Notes: generated by a model not told the origin, from the letters alone. A stretch of DNA of 36,909 nucleotides from an uncultured archaeon (GCA_964564335.1 CAZMBV010000003.1:1953-38861); one strand, 5' to 3'; numbered from the stretch's first letter, positions 25,640 through 35,842 are shown. Numbers and translations are program-made.

Positions 25640-28252
25640 GTGTTGGGAGTAGATGTGACCAAACAAACACCAATGCAACGGCAATATCTTCAGTTGAAGA
25701 AACAATACCCCGATTGTATCCTGATGTTTAGACTTGGTGATTTCTATGAGATGTTCAATGAAGACGCAAAAGTAGCAAGTAAAGCTCTAGACATCGTGCT
25801 CACCGCCAGAGGAGAGGGAGTCAATAGATGGCCTCTTTGTGGAGTACCATATCATGCAGTAGAAGGTTATGTTGCCAAACTCCTCCAACAAGGATTCACT
25901 GTAGCAATTGCAGACCAGGTTGAAGATGCATCCCAAGCAAAGGGATTAGTTAAGCGCGATGTCGTTCGAGTGATAACACCTGGAACGATACTTGAGAGCT
26001 CCATGTTGGAAGACGCTCAGAATAATTATCTAGTTGCACTCATCGATGACGGTGGACAAGTGGGAATTGCAGCCGTTGACGTATCCACTGGAGAATTTCT
26101 TGCGACTCAGGTTGAAGGTACGATTGCTTCTGAGGTTGTTCTCAACGAGATTGGCAGACTCGCGCCTTCAGAAATACTCCTTTCAGATGAAACTTCGAAA
26201 TCAAAAGCTAGAGTAATACTAGAGGAAACTGGGATCCATATCACTCAGAGAAACAGCCTCGATTTTTCAACTAGGAACGCAGAAATCCTCATCAAAGAGC
26301 AGTTCAAAGTTGCTACTCTGGAAGGTTATGGAATTTCGGATAAACCTATTGCGCTAGGAGCAGCAGGTGCTATTATTGCATATCTCAGAGATGTGCATAA
26401 GACTGGTTCTGTGACTCTCTCGGGTCTGAGAACATATTCAATCGAATCTTACATGATTGTTGATAGTCAAACACAGAAGAATCTTGAATTAATCAAGAAC
26501 GCTCGTGATGGGAGTTCGCGAGGTACTCTCTTCAGCATACTCTCCAAGACAGTCACTCCTATGGGAAAGCGAAAACTCAAGCAATGGATACTCCAACCCC
26601 TCAGAAGTGTAAAAGAAATCGAAAAACGTCTTAATGCAGTAGAAGAACTTGCGAGAGATGCGATTGTAAGAAAGGACATCTCCAATAGTTTGAGAGACCT
26701 CGGAGACCTGGAAAGGATAACGAGTAGAATAGTGTTTGGTACGTCTGGAGCAAGAGACCTTCTTGCACTTAGAATCTCAATTGGAAAACTCCCCACCGTT
26801 AAAGCTAATTTGAAGTCATGTGAGAGTAAGATCATCTCAGATTCCGGGAAATCGATTGATCCTCTCTCTGACCTCTATAAGACATTGGAAAACGCAATTG
26901 TAGATAAACCCCCTGTTTCCGTGCGAGAAGGAGGGATGATTAGACCAGGTTTCAATGAAGACCTAGATTCTTTGAAAGAATCAATATCCAATGACAAGAG
27001 ATGGATTGCATCCCTTCAATCTAGTGAGAGAAGACGGACAGGTATTAAATCACTGAAAGTCGGATTCAACAAAGTTCATGGATATTACATCGAGGTCACG
27101 AAGAGTAACATACATCAAGTTCCAGATGAATACCAAAGAAAACAGACTCTCGCTAATGCTGAGAGGTATGTGACACCTGAACTCAAGGAGAAAGAATCCA
27201 CAGTTCTTGCTGGAGAAGAGAGGATAAACAAACTTGAATATGAAATCTACGAATCCCTAAGAAGCCAAGTTAGTAACTTTGCTGGAAATCTACGGCAAAA
27301 TGCTGAAGCGGTAGCAACTGTTGATGTACTTGCTGCATTATCTGATGTTGCAGTTACTCGGAGATATACTAGGCCAAGAATTACTGAAGATACACGAATC
27401 AAAATTGTTGAGGGAAGACATGCTTCACTGGAAGTCATGCTCGGACCTAACGAGTTTGTCCCCAATAGTATTGAGATTGGAGATGGTGGTTCAACTCTTA
27501 TCATTATCACTGGACCAAATATGGCTGGAAAGTCCACATGGATGCGCCAGTGCGCCATCATAGTCCTCCTTGCTCAAATGGGGTCTTTTGTTCCAGCGAA
27601 GAGTGCAGAAATAGGAATGGTTGATAGAATCTTCACACGGGTTGGAGCATTTGATGATTTGACTGCTAGACAGAGTACATTTATGGTTGAGATGATAGAA
27701 ACCGCTAATATTCTCAATAATGCAACTGACAAGAGTTTCGTTATTCTGGATGAAATAGGAAGGGGAACCTCGACGTTTGATGGGATGGCACTTGCCTGGG
27801 CAGTTGCTGAGCGGATTGTTCAGATGAAGACACGATCACTCTTCGCAACCCATTTCCATCAATTGACGGATATGGCATCTCAATATCATGGAGTAAAGAA
27901 TGTCCACACTCTAGCTAAAGAATCTGGGAGCTCCATCATCTTTCTGCACAAGGTTGTAGATGGTGGGACAGACAAAAGTTACGGAATTCATGTGGCAGCA
28001 CTTGCAGGAGTCCCTGATGAGGTTGTGAAACGTGCAAATCAAATCCTCCAGAAGATTGAGAAAGAGAACTCGGTCACAGTTGGAGAATCGTTGCATTACG
28101 AATCAACTGAGCAGGCAAGTCTTGAGGCACTTGTAGTAGAAGATCCACTTGTCGAAGAATTGCGAACCATAGATCTTGATAGAACGACTCCTGTCGATGC
28201 TTTGGTGAAGCTAAAGGAAATGCAAGATGACGCGAAGAAAAGAAAGAACTAA
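25640..28252 (+). CDS. mutS: DNA mismatch repair protein MutS (MutS1)
   Basis: TPMQRQY, FRLGDFYEMF, TGPNMAGKST, STFMVEM, DEIGRGTST, FATHFH, SYGIHVA. Confidence 0.97.
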   Translation: MLGVDVTKQTPMQRQYLQLKKQYPDCILMFRLGDFYEMFNEDAKVASKALDIVLTARGEGVNRWPLCGVPYHAVEGYVAKLLQQGFTVAIADQVEDASQAKGLVKRDVVRVITPGTILESSMLEDAQNNYLVALIDDGGQVGIAAVDVSTGEFLATQVEGTIASEVVLNEIGRLAPSEILLSDETSKSKARVILEETGIHITQRNSLDFSTRNAEILIKEQFKVATLEGYGISDKPIALGAAGAIIAYLRDVHKTGSVTLSGLRTYSIESYMIVDSQTQKNLELIKNARDGSSRGTLFSILSKTVTPMGKRKLKQWILQPLRSVKEIEKRLNAVEELARDAIVRKDISNSLRDLGDLERITSRIVFGTSGARDLLALRISIGKLPTVKANLKSCESKIISDSGKSIDPLSDLYKTLENAIVDKPPVSVREGGMIRPGFNEDLDSLKESISNDKRWIASLQSSERRRTGIKSLKVGFNKVHGYYIEVTKSNIHQVPDEYQRKQTLANAERYVTPELKEKESTVLAGEERINKLEYEIYESLRSQVSNFAGNLRQNAEAVATVDVLAALSDVAVTRRYTRPRITEDTRIKIVEGRHASLEVMLGPNEFVPNSIEIGDGGSTLIIITGPNMAGKSTWMRQCAIIVLLAQMGSFVPAKSAEIGMVDRIFTRVGAFDDLTARQSTFMVEMIETANILNNATDKSFVILDEIGRGTSTFDGMALAWAVAERIVQMKTRSLFATHFHQLTDMASQYHGVKNVHTLAKESGSSIIFLHKVVDGGTDKSYGIHVAALAGVPDEVVKRANQILQKIEKENSVTVGESLHYESTEQASLEALVVEDPLVEELRTIDLDRTTPVDALVKLKEMQDDAKKRKN

Positions 28253-28282
28253 GGTATAATTTCTTTCGCACTAGTCCATGAA

Positions 28283-28600
28283 ATGAGAATAATGAAACAG
28301 AAGAGATTTGATGAGCTAGTGCAGAACGGATACATCATTTTTATGAGTCTCTTCGTAATCACCATCTTTCTTGGTTTGATATTGGACAATGAGGGGGTCG
28401 TGTGGTTGAGCGTCATTTTTCTTCTTTACATTCCAGGCATGATCTGTGCCTACTGTATTCAAGGCGCCAATGATTCGTACAAAGGTTGGAAGAAGAAAAG
28501 AATGAAAGCAAAACGTCTAGCAGAGTGTACATCTTGTCAGTCACATCTTTTCCACTGGCATCTAGGATTCGCCAACCTATATCTCTCAGATTACTCTTGA
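28283..28600 (+). CDS. Small hypothetical 2-TM membrane protein (C-terminus possibly degenerate)
   Basis: Two hydrophobic helices and a basic stretch KGWKKKRMKAKR. No family recognised. Confidence 0.45.
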   Translation: MRIMKQKRFDELVQNGYIIFMSLFVITIFLGLILDNEGVVWLSVIFLLYIPGMICAYCIQGANDSYKGWKKKRMKAKRLAECTSCQSHLFHWHLGFANLYLSDYS

Positions 28601-28709
28601 ATGGCCAATCAGTTTCAATTACTATGTAAACAGTTACGTCAAGCTCGCCATAGACAAAGTATTCCTTTTTCTTTTTGTTATGAAATTAAATTCAAGTAAG
28701 ATTGAATTA

Positions 28710-28757
28710 TACGGTTTTTACCGTAGATTACGTTTCTAGGACCGCTCTTGCTTATAT
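28710..28757 (+). promoter_or_regulatory. Operator/promoter element copy 1: TACGG-N6-CCGTA palindrome + CTTATAT TATA-like box
   Basis: 36/48 identical (manual alignment) to 30063-30110. Upstream of SD GGAGGA (28787-28792) and TTG 28801. Confidence 0.65.
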
Positions 28758-28800
28758 GCCAGTTGTACTATGGTTGTTTCAGAAGTGGAGGAATCGTTCT

Positions 28801-29235
28801 TTGAAAGTAAGCTCGGAGATAAAATCTAACAAACCGCTGTACTATGGAGCTATTGTTCAGTTGTTATACGCATCAATTGAATTTGTTGATAGTCTTTGCA
28901 TTCCATTGATTGCTCTTGGACTCATGCCAAATTTGTATCTAGCATTCCCAATTGCTAATCAGGATATAGCAAATCTCCTTGCAAATGAGCCAATGTGGTT
29001 CATTCCAATATTCTGGTTTTTCACTGCCTTTCGGATTGCATCTGGAAGGTGGATCCTATTGAATAAGGCAAAAGGCTTCTGGATGGCGATGTTTATTTCT
29101 GTAATCACATTGGTAGCCTCATTTTTCCTACTACCATTTGCTGTGATTGATATAACTGGGACGGGAATTGTTGTTTTTCTATTAATTATGGGATATTTCA
29201 AAGACCAGCCACTGATTAAGGAAGAGAACTCGTAA
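28801..29235 (+). CDS. Hypothetical 4-TM membrane protein
   Basis: Hydrophobic ORF (..FRIASGRWILLNKAKGFW..). SD GGAGGA 8 nt before TTG 28801. The track start at 28702 runs through the promoter element. Confidence 0.7.
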   Translation: MKVSSEIKSNKPLYYGAIVQLLYASIEFVDSLCIPLIALGLMPNLYLAFPIANQDIANLLANEPMWFIPIFWFFTAFRIASGRWILLNKAKGFWMAMFISVITLVASFFLLPFAVIDITGTGIVVFLLIMGYFKDQPLIKEENS

Positions 29236-29238
29236 TAA

Positions 29239-30039
29239 TTACTTCCACACGTTGCGCATTTCTTTAGAAGAGAGTTCCTCACCCTGTGATTTCAGAAAAT
29301 CAAAGAGGTCATGTAACCAATCTACTGATGTTTGGTCGCTAAAAAGGAGAGCCTGCGTAAAGTCCACCTTCCCCTCAAGTACTGGTAGAAACAGCGCGCC
29401 AAAACTCTCGCTTGCCAATATCGCAATATTACAATCATCAATAATGTAGAGTCTGGTTCGATTCGGATCGAATCCTTTGAAGAATATCTCCTTATTTTCA
29501 ATTTTCATGAAATCGTCAAGAATCGATTTGGTAAATAGCACTTCAATATTAGTATCTTTCAGATCCATTTGATAGAACTCAAAGAAGCTGACCTCGAGCT
29601 GTATATCCAGCGCACCACCAGCTTTCGCTATTGTCAAACCACTATCGACAATTGTTCTCACCTTATTCATTAGAGAAAGAAGATCAAACACACCATCATA
29701 CTTCAAACTAAGAAAACGTTCCTTCAACGATTCATCATCAACAGAAAGAGAATGAGTTGTGAAGTAGGTGTAACCACAATCGTCACTAAGGACTTTGGCT
29801 AATTTGTACACGCGTTCTGTATTTACATTGCAGAGGTATATCCCATCTTTGCGTGAAATAAAACCAACATCGACAAGTTTCTTCAAATGGTCCTCCAAGG
29901 TTGATGGATAAATATCCAGTGCTTTTGCAATTTCAGAAAAACGGAGACCAGTATTATTTTGAAGAAGTGCATCAACAATTCGTAGTCTTGTTTCCGAGGC
30001 GAGTACTTTGAACTGATTTTCAAGTGCTGTGAATTCCAT
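29239..30039 (-). CDS. ArsR-like winged-HTH transcriptional regulator with C-terminal DUF1724-like domain
   Basis: FKVLASETRLRIV..LRFSEIAKAL..TLEDHLKKLVDVGFI, YFTTH and C-terminal GKVDF..DWLHDLFD, typical of archaeal HTH regulators. Confidence 0.85.
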   Translation of the reverse strand: MEFTALENQFKVLASETRLRIVDALLQNNTGLRFSEIAKALDIYPSTLEDHLKKLVDVGFISRKDGIYLCNVNTERVYKLAKVLSDDCGYTYFTTHSLSVDDESLKERFLSLKYDGVFDLLSLMNKVRTIVDSGLTIAKAGGALDIQLEVSFFEFYQMDLKDTNIEVLFTKSILDDFMKIENKEIFFKGFDPNRTRLYIIDDCNIAILASESFGALFLPVLEGKVDFTQALLFSDQTSVDWLHDLFDFLKSQGEELSSKEMRNVWK

Positions 30040-30060
30040 ATTACCACACGCTCAGAGGGC

Positions 30061-30110
30061 TGTACGGCTAAAACCGTACATTACGTTGTTGAGAACGCGC
30101 TTCCTTATAT
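30061..30110 (+). promoter_or_regulatory. Operator/promoter element copy 2: perfect TGTACGG-N6-CCGTACA inverted repeat + CTTATAT
   Basis: 7-bp inverted repeat at 30061-30080, 21 bp upstream of the HTH gene start. Homologous to 28710-28757. Confidence 0.7.
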
Positions 30111-30125
30111 TGCTCTTGATTCTAG

Positions 30126-30269
30126 TTCATACCCTCATTCTTGGTCACGCTCAGACACTTCAGCTGTTCACAATGCCCCAACTTCGGCTGTGTTTTGAAC
30201 TGTGTTGATGAAGAAATTAAGATGAAGTTCTTAGAGGAACTAGAGAGGAATAATATCTACACTGACTAA
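30126..30269 (+). pseudogene. Cys-rich gene fragment (FIPSFLVTLRHFSCSQCPNFGCVLNCVDEEIKMKFLEELERNNIYTD*)
   Basis: Manual translation; TTG at 30141 would give 42 aa. In-frame stop at 30123-30125. Reads like the C-terminus of a membrane protein with a CxxCxNFxCxLNxV motif. Confidence 0.45.
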
Positions 30270-30348
30270 TTCCTCCACAATCTTTCTCACATTCAAACGA
30301 CAGATGTCATTAGAGTAAGACACCCCCAGAACCTCAGGGGTGAATCTC

Positions 30349-30711
30349 TCAAACATGAAATTTGCTTTTCACACCTCTCATATTAAGATAGAGGACAATT
30401 ATCAAATTCAAGATGAGGGTTATCCATGGTATGGAGCCGCCAACCAGAATATTCCAGAAAATTATAATGAGATTGAATATTGCAAATATGATATCTGCAT
30501 ACCAAGCCCATCCTGCTAGGCTGAAGAGCCCCAATCCGAGAATGATATACAAAATCGCTATTATCAGAGCACCGTACTGAACGGATGAAAATATTTCACT
30601 TAAGAGAAGCCAACTGAAACTAGTCAATAGTGTTGAACCTACAAGAAGTAGGATTCCAGTTAGAAAATTCAGAACAGCAAGGACGATTATCCCAAGAGGT
30701 ACACGAGCCAT
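30349..30711 (-). CDS. Hypothetical 4-TM membrane protein
   Basis: MARVPLGIIVLAVL..GLGLFSLAGWAW..IIVLYLN..GVKSKF, a common small archaeal membrane family pattern. Confidence 0.8.
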   Translation of the reverse strand: MARVPLGIIVLAVLNFLTGILLLVGSTLLTSFSWLLLSEIFSSVQYGALIIAILYIILGLGLFSLAGWAWYADIIFAIFNLIIIFWNILVGGSIPWITLILNLIIVLYLNMRGVKSKFHV

Positions 30712-31006
30712 TTTTATCAAATCCTAAACAACTGATAATACTACTTTTGGTTTGTTTTATGCCTTCGTAAATGACCAAGTTTCTACGTATATATTTCAAA
30801 GAACGATTACGATGCGGCATCCGCAGTTTCTTTTTGTTCACATTTTAATATCTGAATATGATGTGTTTTGATAACTTCAAATCTTCTACAGCTCTACCAC
30901 ATCTAAAGCTGTATAAGAAAGGTCCAGCGGCGGTTTTGTGAATAATAAGCATGGTACTTTGAATATTGATTTGAAATAAGAGAAGAGTGAATGTGAATTG
31001 ACAGCA

Positions 31007-32017
31007 ATGGTAGAAACAATCGATATTGTCAAAGAATTCGATGGATTACGAGCTGTTGATAGAGTCAATCTATCAGTTGAAAAAGGAGAGATTTTTGGAC
31101 TGCTTGGACCCAATGGTGCGGGTAAGTCCACCACGATAAAGATGCTTGTCACACTACTGAAACCAACCAGCGGAAAAACCCTGGTTGCTGGTTATGATGC
31201 AGTGTCTCAGGCGGATGAGGTTCGAAAGAGAATTGGTTATGTTCCACAAGAGTCTGCACTCGATGCTAGATTAACTGCTACGGAGAACTTGGAACTGTTT
31301 GCAGAACTCTATGGCTTATCTAAAAGCGATATTAAGAGAAGGATACAGGAAGTACTAGAACTTGTGGAACTGGACAAGAGAAAAGATGATCTTGTTGCAC
31401 ACTATAGTGGTGGAATGAAAAGGCGATTGGAGATTGCGCGAGGTCTCCTGCCATCTCCAGAAGTCCTATTTTTGGATGAACCAACACTCGGGCTAGATCC
31501 ACAGACTCGCCGAGTTGTATGGGACTTCATTCATAGACTCCAAAAGGAATGGAAACTTACCATTCTCGCGACAACTCACTATTTAGAAGAGGCAGAGAAT
31601 GAGATGAGTAGAGTTGCGATTATTGACAAGGGCCGAATTATGACCATGGGTAAACCTTCAGACCTGAAGGCAGAATATGGTCAAGACTTGATTGAACTCT
31701 CTGTCGATTATCCGGACGGCATTTACACAGAAGAACATCTCAGAGAAAAACTCGAACAGATGCAAATGGCAAATGAAGTTTCTATCAGAGCTTTTGAGGT
31801 AAAACTGAGTGTAGCTGATGGGAAAAAAGCACTACCTTCTATAATTCACAAAATGGAAGACGCAGGGATTCGGATGAACACTATCTCAGTCAGAACTCCT
31901 TCTCTTGATGATGTATTCATAAAATACACAGGACGTGGAATACGCGAAGAAGAGGGTTCTGCAGAAACAAAGAAACAAGCTGCGAAACTGATTGGACGAA
32001 TGAGGAGTCGGATATAA
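31007..32017 (+). CDS. ABC-2 exporter ATP-binding subunit (DrrA-like)
   Basis: GPNGAGKST, YSGGMKRRLEIARGL, LFLDEPTLGLDPQTR, TTHYLEEA, PSLDDVF. Confidence 0.93.
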   Translation: MVETIDIVKEFDGLRAVDRVNLSVEKGEIFGLLGPNGAGKSTTIKMLVTLLKPTSGKTLVAGYDAVSQADEVRKRIGYVPQESALDARLTATENLELFAELYGLSKSDIKRRIQEVLELVELDKRKDDLVAHYSGGMKRRLEIARGLLPSPEVLFLDEPTLGLDPQTRRVVWDFIHRLQKEWKLTILATTHYLEEAENEMSRVAIIDKGRIMTMGKPSDLKAEYGQDLIELSVDYPDGIYTEEHLREKLEQMQMANEVSIRAFEVKLSVADGKKALPSIIHKMEDAGIRMNTISVRTPSLDDVFIKYTGRGIREEEGSAETKKQAAKLIGRMRSRI

Positions 32018-32018
32018 A

Positions 32019-33233
32019 ATGGTCTTACGAGCTTCACATGCTATCTGGAAACGCGAGATGCGTAAGTGGCGACGAAGTAAGGTCCAACTTGCAAGCTCAT
32101 TATTGCTACCAGTGCTTTTCCTAGTTGTTATTGGTAATGCATACTCCGGTTCTTTTAGTAGTGTACCAATTGCTGTGATAAACCTCGATACAGGGACTCC
32201 AGCTCATGTATTCAATGAAGCACTTAGTAATTCTACTTCACTATCAATTGTGTCTGCTAATATATCCGTGGAAGATGCTCAGAAAATGATTGATGATGGC
32301 CAGATTGCAGGTTTTATACTAATTCCTGCAAACTTCAGCATGAGTCTATTGCCTCTGCCTTGGGGAGTAATTCCAAGTGAAAGCACCAAGATAAACGTGA
32401 CAGTTGATAATACGAATCAGATGATTTCACAGGCACTTGCAGGTATTGCAGCTCAATCTCTAAACGTGACTGTACATGATTCTAGAGTGGCTGCATGGTT
32501 TACAAATATTACTTCCCTTCCTTATCGTACTGGCGGATCTTATATTAATAGCGTTGATAGATACTCGACTGGTTTCCAGTTTATTGACTTTCTTGCTCCG
32601 GGTATTTTAGCTATGACGATTCTCTTCACATCTCTATTTGCTGCTGGAATGCCAGTGATTCTAGATCGAGAGATAGGCTATTTCGATATGTTACTAACTA
32701 CCCCATCAAAACGGAGTGAGATTGTACTCGGATTTACAGCTGCTGGTGTGACTAAAGTTGTAGCACAGGCGACTTTTGTTCTTGTAATAGCCATCATCTT
32801 GGGAATTCATATGGCACTGAATCCACTATCAATAGTTTACATTTTTGTTTTGACTATTCTTCTCGCACTAGTCTTTGTCGGAATCTCAATAGCACTGAGC
32901 GTTAAAATAGAGTTAACAGCTTTCCAGTTCGTCAATGGCTTGATCAACTTCCCGGTCTTTTTCCTGTCAGGTGCATTTTATCCTGTGGAATCTCTGCCCA
33001 TATGGTTGAGAAACATTGTATACTTAAATCCCATGACATATGCCGTGGATGGATTGAGATCCGTGATGATAAAAGGAACCAGTCTGTTTCTTGTTCTCCC
33101 TGACGTTATTGTAATTGCGGTCTTTGCGTTGTTAACGCAAATACTTGGAAATCTAGCATTCTATCTGGCGCTTTCTGGTAGGAAAATCAAGCTATTTCGG
33201 AGGGACAAACCGAAGATCAATACTCTTGCGTAG
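32019..33233 (+). CDS. ABC-2 exporter permease (DrrB/YhhJ-like)
   Basis: N-terminal TM, large extracellular loop, FLAPGILAM, DREIG, FFLSGAFYP..LP.W..NPMTYAVDGLR. Confidence 0.92.
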   Translation: MVLRASHAIWKREMRKWRRSKVQLASSLLLPVLFLVVIGNAYSGSFSSVPIAVINLDTGTPAHVFNEALSNSTSLSIVSANISVEDAQKMIDDGQIAGFILIPANFSMSLLPLPWGVIPSESTKINVTVDNTNQMISQALAGIAAQSLNVTVHDSRVAAWFTNITSLPYRTGGSYINSVDRYSTGFQFIDFLAPGILAMTILFTSLFAAGMPVILDREIGYFDMLLTTPSKRSEIVLGFTAAGVTKVVAQATFVLVIAIILGIHMALNPLSIVYIFVLTILLALVFVGISIALSVKIELTAFQFVNGLINFPVFFLSGAFYPVESLPIWLRNIVYLNPMTYAVDGLRSVMIKGTSLFLVLPDVIVIAVFALLTQILGNLAFYLALSGRKIKLFRRDKPKINTLA

Positions 33234-33303
33234 GGACAGCGATAAGACGCCTGGGAGATAGCAGTACATTCCAAAGCACGTGGAATGATAGCCTTTAGTG
33301 AAA

Positions 33304-34446
33304 CTACTTCAGAACTTCATGTGCTTTCTTTAATTGGTCGATAATCTCAATCCCTTGAGGACATTTATCCAGACATTCCCCACATTCCTCACATGCTGTT
33401 GCATTCTTTCCCGGAGCCCATGGAGTCTTTCCAATCAACGAATAGGAATGTTTTGCGCCTTCTCTGAAACCATAGATTTGATATCGTTGAAGTGCCTCAA
33501 AAATATAGGGAATGTTTACTTCATTCGGACAGGGTTGACAATACTTGCATTGGGTGCAAATGTTATCACAGAGCTCTTTGAATCTCTTTGCAATATTTTC
33601 TACAGATTCCATCTCCCTTTCTGACAATTGGTTATAATCATCTCTAGATGTGAGGTTGAGATTGTCATCAAGCATTTCATCCGAACCCATTCCAGATAAT
33701 GCAACTGAAACGTTAGGATTGCTCAAAACATACTTGAAAGCTAAATCTACAAAGTTCTTTCTTCCTGGTGTCAGCCATTCCTTCATCTCGTCGGGAAGTT
33801 CTATCCCTGCCAGTCGGCCTCCCCCAACGGTCCCCATAATCGCTACTGCGAGACCCTTCTCACCAGCGTAATTAATCATCTCATGATTCACTTGGTCAAC
33901 TATATTGTATTGCACAAGCATCAGTTCAAAGTGTCCGGAGTCGATGATTTCTTTGAGAACCTCAGGGGTATCATGAAATGAAAAACCTAGGTTTTTGATC
34001 TTACCTTCATCCTTTGCCTTTATCGCTCGTTCAATGAGATTGAACTTCAAGACTTTCTCTTCGTAGGTTTTTTTGTTCAGAGCATGCAGAAGATAGACAT
34101 CCACAGAATCTTGGTCCAAGCGCTTGAGCTCTTCATCCAAATATCTATCGAAATCCTCAGATTTGGTAAACTCACTATGGCCAATAGGACACTTAGTGGC
34201 CAGGGTGACTTTTTCTCGATAGCCATCTTTCAGTGCTAATCCTACAACTACTTCACTCTCGCCTCTATGGTACGTCCAAGCAGTATCTACATACGTAATC
34301 CCATTATCTATTCCTTTTCGAATAAGAGTAATGGCTTCATCTCGCTTGATTTTTCCACTCTGTTCATCAGTAGGAAGTCGCATGCATCCGAAACCTAATG
34401 CTGAGGTCTTTCCAAGTTTTCCCAACCTTCTATACTGCATAACCAT
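33304..34446 (-). CDS. Aldo/keto reductase with C-terminal 4Fe-4S domain
   Basis: LGFGCMRLP, YVDTAWTYH, YLLHAL, GFSFHD. C-terminal CTQCKYCQPCP and CEECGECLDKCPQ. Confidence 0.93.
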   Translation of the reverse strand: MVMQYRRLGKLGKTSALGFGCMRLPTDEQSGKIKRDEAITLIRKGIDNGITYVDTAWTYHRGESEVVVGLALKDGYREKVTLATKCPIGHSEFTKSEDFDRYLDEELKRLDQDSVDVYLLHALNKKTYEEKVLKFNLIERAIKAKDEGKIKNLGFSFHDTPEVLKEIIDSGHFELMLVQYNIVDQVNHEMINYAGEKGLAVAIMGTVGGGRLAGIELPDEMKEWLTPGRKNFVDLAFKYVLSNPNVSVALSGMGSDEMLDDNLNLTSRDDYNQLSEREMESVENIAKRFKELCDNICTQCKYCQPCPNEVNIPYIFEALQRYQIYGFREGAKHSYSLIGKTPWAPGKNATACEECGECLDKCPQGIEIIDQLKKAHEVLK

Positions 34447-34671
34447 CTACTCAGTAATTCGTCTATTAGAAAGTTCTGTTAAATCCACTGATTTGATACA
34501 CAAGAGCGATATTGAAAAATTTGAGCCCTACTGGAATCCAATTATTTGAAAATGTACCAAGTTATAGATAGCTTGCCAAGATCTTGCATAACCTATTGCT
34601 AATTATATCTGATAACAGCCAGTAACAATATAACAAAACAGAGATTTTCTGGAACTCAGTGAATAATCCTA

Positions 34672-35826
34672 ATGCAACATAAAACGCAACTTTCTCGAAC
34701 GACGAAACTTATCATTGTAGTCGCGTTTGTTCTATATTCAGCATACAATCTTGTTTTAACAGCACTTCAGAATTACATACTATTCGTATCAAGTGACACA
34801 AGCGCCCTTGGAATCTCATTTGGTATCTTCACGGTTGCATCTGTTCTGTCAAGATTTCTATCAGGTTGGATTCTCGAAAAGATTGATGATGTCGTTGCTC
34901 TGGTTATAGGAAACATCATTCTAACAATTGCTTTGGGATTCTATCCTCTGACAATGAGTATAGCAGTTGTATATATTATCAGAGCAGTTCAAGGATTTGG
35001 TTGGGCTCTATCAACAGTGACAATTCTTACAATGATTGTGGACAATACAGAAAACTCTCAAGTAAGTAAAGCTCTGGGATATCTTAATGGTTTTGGCTCG
35101 CTTAGTCTTCTGCTGTTCCCAGTATTCGGTAGTTTTTTAGTAACAATAAAATCAGTAGAAACTTTCAGTTTGTGCTTTTTCTCAGCCTTCGGAATCAGTG
35201 TACTTAGTACAGGACTATCAATCTATGCATGGAAGTCAACACCGCCTATTGTTACTCATGATATGCCTTTGTCAGGATTGCCAGACAGAGATACTCTGAT
35301 TCCGACTCTTTCAGCTTTTCTTGTATTCATGGTTCTTGGCGTATTGTTAAGTTACTCACCAGAAATAGCAGCACTAAATGGAATTCAAAATCCAGGACTC
35401 TACTTCTCCATCTTTGCATTTGCACAAATAATAGGTTCAGCAATGGGAGGAATATTTACAGGAAGCTCTCAATATGGGAAGATAGCAACAATAGGTGCAC
35501 TTTTGGTAATGGTTGGTGTTACCGTGCTTGTATTATTCAATGGAATTTATGGGTACTTTGCATCAGCATTCATCATAGGTCTTGGTCTTGCATCTGCAAA
35601 TATTGCACTCAATTCATATGTTTCTTCAATCTCCACTGCATCAGAAGCTAAAGGGATGGCTATTTACTCTGCAGGTGTAGATTCTGCAATCGCAGTTGGC
35701 TCATTTAGCACTGCAATCCTTCTGGGAATAGGATGGGCAATTCCTACAATCCTTTCTATTTTTGTAAGTACAGCATTGATATCGTCAATATATTCATTCT
35801 TTGCAATACACCAAGTAAATTCATAA
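34672..35826 (+). CDS. MFS transporter
   Basis: ~12 hydrophobic segments, motif-A-like SRFLSGWILEKI, IRAVQGFG. Confidence 0.88.
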   Translation: MQHKTQLSRTTKLIIVVAFVLYSAYNLVLTALQNYILFVSSDTSALGISFGIFTVASVLSRFLSGWILEKIDDVVALVIGNIILTIALGFYPLTMSIAVVYIIRAVQGFGWALSTVTILTMIVDNTENSQVSKALGYLNGFGSLSLLLFPVFGSFLVTIKSVETFSLCFFSAFGISVLSTGLSIYAWKSTPPIVTHDMPLSGLPDRDTLIPTLSAFLVFMVLGVLLSYSPEIAALNGIQNPGLYFSIFAFAQIIGSAMGGIFTGSSQYGKIATIGALLVMVGVTVLVLFNGIYGYFASAFIIGLGLASANIALNSYVSSISTASEAKGMAIYSAGVDSAIAVGSFSTAILLGIGWAIPTILSIFVSTALISSIYSFFAIHQVNS

Positions 35827-35842
35827 TCCTGCATTTGTCAAA

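Noticed and set aside
28523-28546. ECTSCQSH in the 28283 ORF as a heme or zinc motif
   Set aside because: It is not CxxCH, has no second ligand pair, and lies in a tail that looks degenerate.
30321-30342. CACCCC-N10-GGGGTG hairpin after the 30349 stop as a terminator
   Set aside because: The stem is only 6 bp with no U-tract, too weak to call.
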